Assembly (NCBI GenBank): GCA_030264375.1
Contig: JASCQW010000109.1
Coordinates: 18,043,657 to 18,107,656, forward strand
DNA length: 64,000 nt
Origin: Carcharhinus longimanus
Taxonomy: Eukaryota
Direction: 5' to 3'
In this document: positions 49,445-62,186 of the stretch, one piece after another
Layout: each line of letters begins with the position of its first letter
Numbering within the stretch: the stretch's first letter is position 1
Notes under the pieces: model-generated
What the model saw: the letters and a program-made list of their open reading frames with translations, nothing else
The model's database searches: none
Told to the model about the DNA's origin: nothing
Program-made: the position numbers and the translations under genes

Positions 49445-50799
49445 TAACTATGTAGCAGTCTCCCTCGCTAATGGAAAGTCATTTTCCTGACAGTTTTAAA
49501 GAGAGAACTGTATTGAATATTTTGCAAAATAATTATTTTCTATCCAAATCATGCATTCAAGTCACATTTGCCTGAAGGTAAAAAATGGGGTCAGGACATT
49601 GAAAAATATTAAGGACAGGTTTCTATTTTGAGTGATTTCACTTTTCATCAATAAAACTTCATAAATATAGACTTAGAGGCAAAACGTTAAGAACATTGTT
49701 TCAGCAAAGGGTCACAAGACAACTCCAAGACCTATATTAAACTCACAACTGGAGAAGAATCCTCGAACTCATCAGACTTGGGTCAATCCTTGGTCATCGA
49801 TTACCGATTCTTTTCCCATGTATCTGTTAACTTCTATTAGATGCTAGTTCTGTTCCAGTACACCAACTTGACATACTTTCTACAATAACACTGTTTTCCT
49901 CTGGGTAGTTTGCCTTTTAAAAGTTACCACAAAGTGCCCCAGGAGTGTGTCAAATATTAACTGGGTTTTTTTTTACACAAGGGAAGTTTGAAACCCTCTG
50001 CATTACACAACATTGTACATTACACAATGACTACAATTGTTGCAAGCGACTTAGAAGCCCAGTTGAAGTGGTGAAACTCAATTGCTGTTGAGTTCATTCC
50101 CACCCCTCCCAATGAAAGAGAAAGTTATAGATATAAGCAATGCAGAGCTGTAGATGTGTTACTCTGCCAAAAGATAGCCAGTCACTTCTATCTCCCACTA
50201 ATCATCTAATATAGTAACACAGGATTAGTTATACTGCATGTTACAGTCGAAGTACACATTTGATTGTTAAGAAATCACAACATAACAGGTCTCCAAGTGT
50301 GACCTTTCCCTCCCAACATGCCCTGCAAAACCCAGGCGAGAACAAATGATGCATCTCAATATTGAAGATGCACAAAATAAAGATGTAAAATTACAGTACG
50401 AAAACAGCACAGTAATGTTACTTTAAGACTTGGCAAAGCTCTTCAACTTATCTAGAATGTCTGATAGAGTCACTTTGACCTGGCACATTAAAAGAGATCA
50501 CCGATCTCTTACAGTGGAGAGGATTCCAGAGGTTATCCAGCAACACTGGAAAGACATCAAATGCAACCACCATTTGCTATTGTGGATAAGACTTGGAACT
50601 TTATTCTCATGCTGCAGAATATAGAAACATGAAAGAGAAAAATAAACAGCTTCTTACATTACCTCATTCAGATTCTGAACAGCACAGCCAACTATTTTGA
50701 ACTTCCTCCTGCATTAATATTGAACAGCTAAACTGTTAAATGGAGAGAATATTAATCTACAGCCTTGCATTTGGTCAAGCCTAGTCCCATAGAGGTCAA

Positions 50800-52510
50800 G
50801 ACCATAAGACATAGGAACAGAATTAGGCTACTCGGCCCATCGAATCTGCTCTGCCATTCAATCATGGCTGACTTTTTTCTCATCCACATTCTCTGCCTTT
50901 TCCTCATAGGTTCTTGATTAATAAGGGGCTATCAGTCTTAAAGACACTCAATGACCTGGCCTCCAGCGCTTTCTGCGGCAAAAAGTTCGCCAGATTCACC
51001 ACTCTCTAGCTGAAGAAATTCCTCCTCATCTCCGTTTTAAAGGGTCGGCCCTTTAGCCTGACGTTGTGCCCTCTGGTTCTAGTTTTTCCTATTAGTGGAA
51101 ACATCCTCTCCACATCCACTCTATCCAGGCCTCGCAGTANNNNNNNNNNNNNNNNNNNNNNNNNNNNNNNNNNNNNNNNNNNNNNNNNNNNNNNNNNNNN
51201 NNNNNNNNNNNNNNNNNNNNNNNNNNNNNNNNNNNNNNNNNNNNNNNNNNNNNNNNNNNNNNNNNNNNNNNNNNNNNNNNNNNNNNNNNNNNNNNNNNNN
51301 NNNNNNNNNNNNNNNNNNNNNNNNNNNNNNNNNNNNNNNNNNNNNNNNNNNNNNNNNNNNNNNNNNNNNNNNNNNNNNNNNNNNNNNNNNNNNNNNNNNN
51401 NNNNNNNNNNNNNNNNNNNNNNNNNNNNNNNNNNNNNNNNNNNNNNNNNNNNNNNNNNNNNNNNNNNNNNNNNNNNNNNNNNNNNNNNNNNNNNNNNNNN
51501 NNNNNNNNNNNNNNNNNNNNNNNNNNNNNNNNNNNNNNNNNNNNNNNNNNNNNNNNNNNNNNNNNNNNNNNNNNNNNNNNNNNNNNNNNNNNNNNNNNNT
51601 TCTCTGCAGACCCCTTGCTTCCTCTACATACCTTTGTATCATCTGCAAACTTGGCAACAGCACCTTCAATTCCTTCCTCCAAATCGTTAATGTATATTGT
51701 GGAAAGTTGTAGTCCCAGCACCGACTCCTGAGGCACATCACTAGTCAACGGCTGTCATCCTGAGAAAGACCCTTTTATTCCCACACTCTGCTTTCTACCA
51801 TTCAGCCAATCCTCTATCCATGCCAAGGTCCTACCCTTAACACCATGGGCACTTAACTTATTTAACAATCTCCTATGCAGCACATTGTCAAAGACCTTTT
51901 AGAAATCTAAATAAATCACGTCCACTGGTTCTCCTTTAATCTAACTTCCTTGTTACATCCTCAAAGAACTAACAGATTTGTCAGATATGACCTCCCCTTG
52001 ACAAAACCATGCCGACACAGTCCTACTTTATCATGTGATCTCATCTTTAGTAATGGGCTCTAAAATCTTGCCAATGACCGAAGTCAGGCCAACCAGCCTA
52101 TAATTTCCCATCTGTCGGCTCCCTCCCTTCTTAAACAGCAGTGTTACATTTGCTACTTTCCGGTCCCCTGGTACCCTCCCTGCCTCCAATCATTCCTGAA
52201 AGATCACCACCAATGCCTCCACAATTTCCTTAGCTATCTCTTTTAGAACTCTGAGGTGTAGTCCATCTGGTTCAGGTGATTTATTCACCTTCAGACCTTT
52301 CAGTTTCCTCAGAACCTTCTCCTTAGTGATGGCCATGATACTCTCCTGTGCCCGACTCTCCTGGCGCTCTGGCATCCCACTGGTGTCTTCCACTGTGAAG
52401 ACTGATTCAAACTATTCAGTTCCTCTGCCATTGCTTTATTTCCTATTATTATTTCTCCAGGCTCATTTTCCAGTGCTCCATGTCTACTTTTGCCTCTCTC
52501 TTACTTTTTA
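50800..52510 (-). mobile_element. CR1-clade LINE spanning a 460-N gap
   Basis: TSDVPQESVLGLQLSTIYINDLEEG...KFADDTK; KVLRKLKGLKVNKSPEPDGLHLRVLKE; reverse tail accataagacatagga. Confidence 0.9.
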
Positions 52511-52599
52511 TAGGTCAAGCTGAAATAAGTTTGGATTCTGCAATGATTGCCAACCCACTGATCCTACGAAGGCCAAATATTATAGCACTGGGTGAGATT

Positions 52600-53540
52600 T
52601 TGTTTTGCAGCAGAGGAGGCATGGCTAGAAGATTGGCTAGCTAACAAGAAGCAGAAAGTAATGATAAATAGGTCTTCTTCAGGTTGGCAAGATGTAATGA
52701 GTGCCACAGGGATCAGGGCTAGGGGTTCAAATTACTTACAATTTATATCGGTGATTTGAATGAAGGGTCAGAATGTGTGGTTGCTAAATTTGCTGGTATT
52801 ACAAAGACAGATAGGAAAGTAAGTTGCAAAGAGGAGATAAGGACTCTGTAAAAGGGCATAAATAGATTAGGCGAGGGGACAAAAATTTGGTAGATGGAAT
52901 ATTATGTGGGAAGTGTGAACTTGTCAACTTTGAGAAGCAATTATTTAAATGGGATGAGATTGCAGAACTGTTGAGGTAGAGGGATCTGGGTGCCCTGGTA
53001 CATGAATCACAAAATGTTAATATGCAGATCCAGCAAGTGATAAGGAAGGCAAATGGAATCTTGTCCTTTATTGCAAGGGGAATGGAATATAAAAGTAGGA
53101 ATGTTTGCTACAGCTGTAAAGGGTGCTGACGAGACCACATTTAGAGTACTGTGTACAGTTTTGGCCTCCTTAATTAAGGAAGTGTAAAACATTTCAGAAG
53201 CCATTCAGAGAATGGGTCAGTTAACTGATTCCTGGGACGGAGGAAGTTATCTTAAGAGGAAATGCTGGGCCTGATTCCATTGGAGTTTAGGAGAGTGAGA
53301 GATGATCCTATTGAAAAGTAAGATCCTGGGGGCATTTGACAAGGTGGATACCGAAAGAATGGATTCCCCCACGATGGGAGAGGTAGATAGATTCTTGACT
53401 AACCAGAGAGTCAAAAGTTATTGGTGAGGGGGGAACGGAATGTGGAAGGGAGACCACAATAAGATCAGCCAAGATCTTATTGAATGGCAGAGCAGGCTCA
53501 AGGGATCCAATGGCCTTCCTGCTCTGAATTCATGTGTTTA
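52600..53540 (+). mobile_element. CR1-clade LINE 3' fragment
   Basis: gaagattggctagctaacaagaagcagaaag; gctaaatttgctgg; gagaccacatttagagtactgtgtacagttttgg; tail agatcagccaagatcttattgaatggcagagcaggctcaaggg. Confidence 0.85.
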
Positions 53541-53579
53541 AATGAATCTTCTTATTCATAAAATGTTGAGAACACCCAC

Positions 53580-54150
53580 CCTAAGCAGAAGATCTTAAGG
53601 CAACATCCACAATCAAAACAGGAAGCACTGTTAAAGAAAGGGACTGCAGAGATATTGACATCACCATGTTGTGACAGATACAGCCAACTACTGGATGGAT
53701 CACTACCTTACACAATCTAACATTTCCATCAGCTTGGCCCCCAAACAGTAGAGACAACAGACAGTGTCGCAAAAAAATTAAGAGTATCTCAAAGGATCCC
53801 GCCAAGGCAGCCCTTCTCAGTCAGCACCTCACTGCCAACAGCTCAGCCTCCAGTCACCAGGAACTACCATGTGCCCATAGTGCCTGGCCATACCTAAAGT
53901 CCACCATTATCAGCCACCGTGAGGAGAACATCATGGCTGTTTTAACAAAAATGACCAAAAGATTAAACATCGGCTAATCAAGCACAGAGCTACACTGACA
54001 GGAAACTCCACAACAGCTCGAGAAAAGTACAGTATAAAAACAACAACATCAAAAAGAAAAATGGTAGGTAGGAAGAGCACAAGAGATCCAACAATGTGTG
54101 GTTTCTTCAGTGCTATCAAGACCACTCTCGTACACAATGTCATTAGTGAT
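53580..54150 (+). mobile_element. Very old RTE-like LINE 3' fragment
   Basis: Degenerate LQIL...LPYTI*HFHQ region and a possible C-terminal zinc-finger remnant. Weak. Confidence 0.35.
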
Positions 54151-56540
54151 CCACTAGCAATATAGACAGGTAACTATGTAAAAATACAAAGAACGGTAAA
54201 AGTCACAGATTGTGCCAAAAGGCCAGTTTCCTTGTGGTATGCATTTCCAAAGGTTTCAAAAGGACAAATTACAGAAAGTAAAACTAACTTTACAACTGTA
54301 GTTTAAACACTATAGCTTTGCAGTAACACATATGTTGTAAATTTTATGTTCCATTATCCTATCTGCGCATTTGCCAACGAGCATAGATGCAGACAGTCTG
54401 TATTGACTTACAACAATGTTTCCACTGTAGGGCTGATAATGGTGATGCAATTTATCAAAAAGCAATTTGCAGCTGATAGTGAGATTCTATGGACAGTATT
54501 TGTACAAATATAGAACACACGCACTCGTCAAAGATATAACTCTGTAGAACAAATGCAATACAGAAAGCACCTACAACACCGCTGACTCAAAAAACGATTG
54601 GTACTGCAGACATTAAGGTGTCAGAGTTCAGCCAGGATAACTGGAACAAGTTCAATGATTATAAACAATCTTACGGTAAATGCTAGTCATTACAAGAAAT
54701 CTAAACTAGTGTGGTTCTGAAGGTTGCAAATGTATGTTGTCCATTGACTCCTGATGGGCATGCTCGAGACAAAGAGTTTGCAAGGTTTTCTCCCCTTTCA
54801 TGCAGAACAGTTGCTCTTTGAATTTTTCTTTTTATTCCTTCACTAGGTGCAGACGTCACTGGCTGGGCCAGCATTCGTTGCCTCCCTAACTGTCCTCAAA
54901 AACAGGTGGTGGTAAGCCACCTTCTTGAACCACTGCAGTCCATGTGGTGTAAGTACACCTACAGTGCTCATAGGGAGTTCCAGGATTTGGACCCAACAAC
55001 AGTGAAGAAAATGCAATAGAATTCCAGATCAGGATGGTGAGTGGCTTTGAGAACTTGTAGGTGGTGTGTTCCCGTGTGTCTGCTGCTCTTGTCCTAGGTG
55101 GTAGAGGTCATAGGTGTGACAGGTGCTGTTTGAGGAGCCTTGGTGAGTTGCTGCAGTGCATCTTGCAGATGGCACACACTGCTTCCACAGTGCATCACTG
55201 ATGGAGTAAGTAAATATTTAAGGCTATTGGTGGGGTACCAATCAAGCAGACTGCACTGTTCTGAATGAGGTCAAGCTTCTCAAGTGTTGTTGAAGTGGGG
55301 CTCACCCAGACAAGTGGTGAGTATCCATCACACTCTCAACTAGTATCTGATAGATGGTGGATGGGCTTTGTGGAGTCAGAAGGGGAGTTACTTTCCACAG
55401 GATTGCTAGCTTCTGATCTGCTCTTGTAGCCACTGTATTTATATGGCCAGGCTAGTTCAGTTTCTGGTCAATAGTATCCCGCAGGATGTGAATAGTGGAG
55501 AATTCAGAGATGGTAATGCAATTCAATGTCAAAGGGGAGATGGTTTGATCCTCGCTCAGAACTGGCCATTGCCTGGCATTTAGGTGGCATGAACATTACT
55601 TGCTGCTTTACAGGGCCTGGATTGAATGTCATCCAGGTCTTGCTAGATATGAACATGGGCTGCTTCAGTAACTGAGGAGTTGCAAACAGCAAACATCCAC
55701 ATTTCTGCCTTATGATGGAGGGAAGGTCATTTATGAAGCAACTGGAGATGCTTACGCCGAGAATACAACCCTGAAGAACTCCTGCAGCAATGTCCTAGAA
55801 CTAAGAAGATTGACCTCCAAGAATCATAGCCATCTTTCTTTCTGTTAGGTACAATTCCTGCCACTGGAGAGTTATCCCATAAATTATTTTTTTTAAAGGG
55901 GAAGTGGATGTTGCTTGCCAGGCCAGCATGTATTGCTTATCTCAACTGTCCTTCAGAAGGGTAGTCCTGATTCCCATCAACTTGTTTTGCTAGGGCTCCT
56001 TGATGTCACACTCCATCAAATACTGCATTGCTGTCAAGCACAGTCATTCTCACCTCCTCTCAAGAGTTCAGCTCTTTTGCCCATGTCTGGGCCAAGGCTT
56101 TAATTAAGTCAGGAGTGGGAGTGGCCACCAGGTTATTGACTAAGCACCTCTTCATAGTACAGTCAACAACACCTTCCATCACTTTGATGATCGGGAGTAG
56201 ACTGAAAGGGCAGGAATTGGTTGGGTTGGACTCTCCTTTGAGGACAGGACATATCTGGACAATTTTCTACATTGTTCAGTAGATGCTAATCTTGTAGTAC
56301 TGGAACAGCTTGGCTATGGGGCAAAGTTAATTCTGGAGCAGGTCTTCAGTACTACTGTGGAATGTTTGTCAGAGTCCATTGCCTTTACAATATCCAGTGC
56401 TTTCAGCTATTTCTTGATATCACAAAGTGAATCGCTGATGCTGGGGACCTCAGGAGTTGTATCATCCATTCAGAACGCTTCAGCACTGATGTGCTAAGTT
56501 TTCCCATTGAGGATGGGAATATTTGTGGAGCCTCCTCTCC

Positions 56541-56850
56541 CAGAACTGGGAGTCATAGTTTGAGGATAAGGGGTAAACCTTTTAGAACTGAGGTGAGGAG
56601 AAATGTCACCACCCCAGAGGGTGATGAATGAGTGGAACTCACCACCACAGAACATAGTCGAGGCCAAAACATTCTCCGGTTTCAAGAAGAAATTAGATAT
56701 AGCTCTTGGGGCTAAAAGGACCAAGGAATATTGGGCGGGGAGGGGGGTAAAATCAGGATATTGAATTCGATGATCAGCCATGATCAAAATGAATGGTGAA
56801 GCAGGCTCAAAAGGGCTGAATGGTCTACCCTTGCTTCTAGTTTCTATATT
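56541..56850 (+). mobile_element. Short, relatively young CR1 3' end
   Basis: Closely matches 15070-15400 (ccagaact...agtttgaggataagggg...aaatcaggatattgaattc...ctagtttctat). Confidence 0.88.
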
Positions 56851-57608
56851 TCCAGTTAGTTGTTTAATCATCCATCACCTAGAGAACTGTATCACACTGA
56901 TCTGATTCAGTAATCGCTTAGCTCTGCCTATCACATGCTGTTTGCATTGTTTCACCTGTATTGTAGACTGACATCTTATTCTTAGATATGCCTGGTGCTG
57001 TTCCTGGCATGCTCTCTCGCATTCTTCAATGAACCACGGTTGATCCCTAGGTTTGATAGTAATGGTAGAGTGAGGGTTATGCTGGGTCATGAAGTTAAAT
57101 ACGATTCTGCTGCTGTTGATGGCCCACAACACCTCATTTATGCCCAGTTTTGAGTTGCTTAATCTGTTAAAATCTATCCTATTTAGCAGCAGTGTTATAC
57201 AATGCAATGGAGGAGATTTTCAATGTGAAAGCAGAATTTTTGTCTCAACAAGGACCATGTGCTGGTCACTCCTATTAATTGTTTAATGAACTGATGCATC
57301 TGCAACAGCAGATGGGTGAGGAAAAGCTCAAATAGATTCATTCTTCTCATCAGTTCCTCACCAACCTGCCACAATCCCAGTCTAACAGGTATACAGTCTA
57401 ACAGCGTTTAGGATGCGGTCAGCTTAATCTGTGGGGGTGCTACTGACCCACTCTCAGGGATGGATACTGAAGTCTCCCACCCAGAGTACTCTGTGTACTC
57501 TTGCTGCCCTCAGTGCTTCCTCTAATTAGTGTTCAACATCGAGGAGTACTGATTCATTAGCCAAGGTGGCAAGAGATGGTGGGGCTACAGTAGGTGATAA
57601 TCAAAGCA

Positions 57609-57887
57609 GGCACCATGGCAGCACAGTGGTAAGCACTGCTGCCTCAGTGCCAGAAACTTGGGTTCAGTTCCAGCCTTGGATGATTGTCTGTGTGGAGTTT
57701 CCAAGTTTGCCCAGTGTCTGCCTGTGTTTCCTCCCACAGACCAAAGATGTGTAGGTTAGATGGATTAACCATGGGAAATGTGTGGGATTACAGGGAGAGG
57801 GTGGACCTGGGCAAGATGTGCTTTTAGAGAGTTGGTACAGACTCACTGGGCTGAATTGCCTCCTTCTCTATATTAAGAGATTCTATG
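57609..57887 (+). mobile_element. HE1/V-SINE-type SINE
   Basis: ggcagcacagtggtaagcactgctgcctcagtgccaga...tttcctcccacagaccaaagatgtgtaggttag. Confidence 0.82.
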
Positions 57888-60389
57888 GCTTCCTTGTCTG
57901 TGTTTGACTTGATGTTATGTATATACCAGTGTAGTTATTTGAGGATGCAACAGTCAAGCTCAGCATTTTGACAACTCTTCCAATGAGGCAGGGAAGAACG
58001 AAAGAGAAAGAAATAAACTTCAAGTAGTCTAAAAACATTTCCTCACTTCAACCACAAATACTAAAATTCAATTCTGCAATTTGCAAAAAAAGCAGCTTCA
58101 GAATGCTGTATACCAGCAGTCTCAGGTGCTGCAATGGGTGGGGGGAGGGGCATTGGGGACAAGTGTGTTATAATGTGTGATCCACTTTCTCAAAGTTAAC
58201 AAAGGAAAAGCAAGACATAGTATTCCTATCCTAGTAGCCAATTTAGACTCCTGCTCGAAAATGCAAGAATGCATGCATTGTCAAAGCTCAAAAAAAGGAA
58301 GATGCTGTCACAGGAAAATGCCTGCAATTTGCCAACTACTGTTTCAAAATCATGCTTGTTGTCAGGATTTTCCTTCAAGACTCAATCAGTAAATGAAATG
58401 TCCCATATAATATAAAGCCACACTGACTTAATCCAAGTTAACCACATACTGCTGGAATCTGTGACTCTGCCTGAGCTCAAGTTAACACATTCAGAATTTG
58501 CCTAAGACTAAAGTATAAATATAACACAAAGTAATGGAATAAAACAGCTGGAGATCAGTCTGAGCAGGCTGTAGAAAATGTGCTCAGTGAGCACGTAGAA
58601 ACTTTTTTTCACAAAGATATTAAAAGCCCTGCTACTTTCACCCCTCAAGTTGCCATTTAACTTAATGACCTAAGTTAGAAAGTGCAGAGCTCACTGGTGA
58701 CCATTTTTCTGAATGGACTGCAGCCAAACGTGCGGAGTAAACTTTCTCAGACGGATGAAAAACAAAGGATTCCCAGTAGAGGTAGTGGAGATTGTTTTAC
58801 ACATGAAAAAATGCAACTTTTTCCACAATGCTGCACTAATTTTCAAAAATAGTTTACTGTCTTCAGAAGTAATTTTTCTTTTTTTAAAAACTCTCTGATT
58901 TCCTGTGGTGTAACACATAGGTAACATGCAACATGACTGTAATTTTTAATTGCCTACCTGGCTAATCCTCTTCAATCTATTGCTCAAATTCTCCTTGTGG
59001 AGAAGTGATCTAAGCATGCCCAGAGGTCAATCATTTTTGTTGCTTGTCTCACTAAACTGCCAAATATGCTTGTCACCTCAAAAACCTCTCAAACAGGTTG
59101 AGGCTGTAAACAACTGAGCAAAGTGATGGACGCTGATAATCTGAATACAATAAAGTGGAACCTGGCTGTCTTAACATTGACCTGGCTGCTCATGGAACCA
59201 ATGAAAAAAATCCTCAATGGACTAATATGGCCACAGTTATATTTAAACTCTAACAGTTTTCAGTTTTCTAAAATGGCAATAAAAACTGAACTGAAAGGAA
59301 CTGAAAATGCCTATAGCAATTTGTAATGAGTGAGCTCATGTACTGTGTTAGCAAGTAAGTTTTCCACCCAACCCCCACAAAGAAGCAGTCCAACTGTAAT
59401 AAAACTTGGGTCATTTTTGTGTTTTATTCTCATCCAAAACCATTCTCCCATATGACACAACTCAGCCAAAAGTCAATCCTCCTCATGAATCCATTTGAGA
59501 CTCTGTTACAATTACAGCAGACCTGAGGTGGGTTGGCACTCACTCACTTCAGATTGGAATCCAGTCCAGATTGATGGTTTGTCAATGAGACTCGGGTGAA
59601 TTGAGGTTGCAACTGCCTGTAACACAATACAAACTGGAAACCTTACTCGGGAAGGCTTTAGGGTTAATAAGTGGGAAATGGAAGTATCAGCTTAGTTTGG
59701 TGGGGGGAGGAGATTGTTTTGAGCTTGGAGTTATAGAATATTGCTTGGAAAGTATACCTGCAGCTGTATCTACATCCAATTTCGCTGTAGCCAACCACAA
59801 GAATGGAATGCAAAGAGTAAAATATGCCCCTCCCCAATACAGAAATCCCTCAATTCAACAACAAAGACCTCCGGACTTTGCCTCCATGCCACTTAAACAG
59901 TTGCAAAAGTGCGACTAGTTTGGAAGGAATAAAGACAAATTTAATAACCTAGCCTAGAGAAGGCCACTTCGGGTGCAGATTTCCTCTTAAGAGCAATTTC
60001 TGCCTCTGCAGCAGACATGTACAGAATGACAGGAATGGTATGGAGTCAGAATTTAACTCCACTGGAGGGTAATTTTGTCATGTCTGACTGCTCTCAATCC
60101 CATTCTATTAATAACAAGTTTAAATGGTATGCTATTCAGTTAAAATACTGACAATGTCACACAGCACAATTCCAAGCTAATGATAACAAACAGCAATAAT
60201 CCACATACTGTCAAAACTCCAAACCCATGACTGGGCAGTTATTCCTAATGTACAATTGGACATTTAGTATCCAATCTGAAATCAGTAATAAAACCTCAGT
60301 TCACATAAGATTCGAGCTACTCCACTAGGCTTTAGCATCCTGCTTAGTTGTGAGTGAAACTCATACCCAATTTCATTGACTTCTCATTG

Positions 60390-61475
60390 GTTTGATAATG
60401 ACAAAGGGAACCAGAGGAAAACTCTCCACTTACTGGAGCCATATGTAGCACAAAGGAATTTGGTTATGATTGTCGAAGGCCAATCTACTCAGTCCCAGGA
60501 CATTGGGAAGAGATACCCAAGGCCCAAACATTTTCAGCTGTTTTATCAACAACCTTCCCTTAATCATAAGGTCAGAAGTGGAAATGTTCACTGATGATTG
60601 TAGTGTTCAATTCTATTCGCAATTCCTCAGATAATGAAGCAGTCTGATCCTACATGCAACAAGACTGGGACAACATTCAGGCTTATGTTGTCAAGTGACA
60701 AGAAATATCCATACCACACAAGTGCCGGAGGATAACCATCTCTAACAGGAGTGCATGCCCAAACATTTCCCCATGACTGCCAACATTCACTACCATCACT
60801 GAATTCCCCACCATCAACACCCTAAGGGTGAAGCAGCCACAACATAGTGGCTAAAAGAGCAGGTCAGAGACTGAGAACTTTTCGGTGAGTAACTCACCTC
60901 CTGAATCTAAAAGGTTTGTCCACCATCTGCAAGACTCAAATCAGGAGCATGAAGGACTACTCTCCATTTGCTTGGATGAGTGCACTTCCAAGGACACAAG
61001 AAGCTTGTCACCAAGCAAGACAAAATAGCCCACTTGTTGACATCCCGTCATTCACCTTAAAACATTCACTCACTCCATCACTGGCACACAGTGGCAGCAG
61101 TGTGTTCCATATACCAGATCCACTGTAGCAACTTACCAAGGTTTGTTTGATAGCATCTTCCAAACCAGTAACCACTGCCACCTGGAAGGACAAGGTCAGC
61201 TGATACTTGAGAGCAACACCACTGCAAGTTCCGCATTGCAACTGGATGAAGATTTTAAAAAATTATTTAATGTGGGCATCACTAGCTAGGCTAACATTTA
61301 TGGCCCATCCTTAAATTACATCCTCACTACTCAAAAGCATTTTGTGTACACATACATCACACAAACTGCAGCAGTTCAAGAAACCGTCTAGCTCACCATC
61401 ATCTTCTTAAGGGCAACATGGGTAGGGCATAAATGAGGATTTGACAGCTATAGCCACATCCCATAATCAAATGAA
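60390..61475 (+). mobile_element. LINE 3' fragment (54830-57920 family)
   Basis: ttcagctgttttatcaacaaccttccct...atgttcactgatgattg (FTDD); MSTICKTQIRSMKDYSPFAWMSA. Confidence 0.75.
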
Positions 61476-61609
61476 AAGAAAAATTCCACACCCACCACGA
61501 GCTACAACAAGGGTTAGATAGGTGAAATTCTCTCGTCTGTACCTCAACAGAAGGCATTCTGAAAAGTAAGTTACTGTGAGAATTAGTGCTTTATTTCACA
61601 CAACCCAGC

Positions 61610-61888
61610 CTGTGCACACTGCTCCTGCCCTTAGTGGCATGATGGTTGTGGGTTTAAGTCCAAGTGCAGAGGCATGTACACAAACCCCAGGGTGACACTC
61701 TTGTGCAGCAGTGAAGGGGCACTGCACTGTACAAGGTGCTATAATTTGGACTAGATGGTAAACCAAGGCCCTATATGCCTTCGCAGTTAGGCATAAAAGA
61801 TCAGGGCCACCACTTATCCTTCAATTATCATTACCTGGCTATTATCACATTCATCTTCAAAAATTGATTGTTGTAATTTCTACATTAT
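61610..61888 (+). mobile_element. Deu-domain SINE fragment
   Basis: ggttgtgggtttaagtcc...gggtgacactcttgtgcagcagtgaagggggcactgcactgt...taaaccaaggccct...gcataaaagatc. Confidence 0.55.
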
Positions 61889-61889
61889 G

Positions 61890-62186
61890 AGCAACATGGT
61901 GGCTAGCACTGCTGCCTCACTGCACCAGGGGCCCAGATTCAATTCTGACCTTTTCCGATTTTCTCCAGGTGCTCCAGTTTCCTCCCACAGGTTAGGTGGA
62001 TTAGCCATGTTAAATTAATTGCCCCTTAAGAGTCCCAAAATGTGTAGGTTAGAGAGATTAGCAGGGTAAATGCATGCGGTTATGGGAATGGAGGAGGGGG
62101 ATGTCAATCTGGGTAAGTAGCTCTGTCAGAATCAGTGCAGAGTTGATGGGCTGAGTGGCCTCCTTCCACACCGTAGGGATTCTATG
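61890..62186 (+). mobile_element. HE1/V-SINE-type SINE with internal deletion
   Basis: ggtggctagcactgctgcctcac...ccaggtgctccagtttcctcccacaggttaggtggatt...gtagggattctatg. Confidence 0.82.

Larger units (their letters stand above)
7773..51599. other. Seven assembly gaps: 7773-7872, 10433-10532, 14158-14257, 18993-19092, 20377-20476, 25104-25182, 51140-51599
   Basis: Runs of N. Five are exactly 100 N, consistent with placeholders of unknown length. Confidence 0.97.
54830..57920 (-). mobile_element. Decayed LINE (CR1/L2 group, second family) with nested CR1 and HE1 insertions
   Basis: NFMTQHNPHSTITIKPRDQPWFIEECERACQEQHQAYLRIR; minus-strand GVLQGCILG (about 55760-55785); TNIPILNG. Homologous to plus-strand copies at 29785 and 60390. 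Confidence 0.75.

Noticed and set aside
51064-51748. ORFs over 200 aa containing X runs (also 10079..10723 and 7713..8261)
   Set aside because: Their length comes from N-gaps, and the real residues are CR1 or Gypsy remnants.
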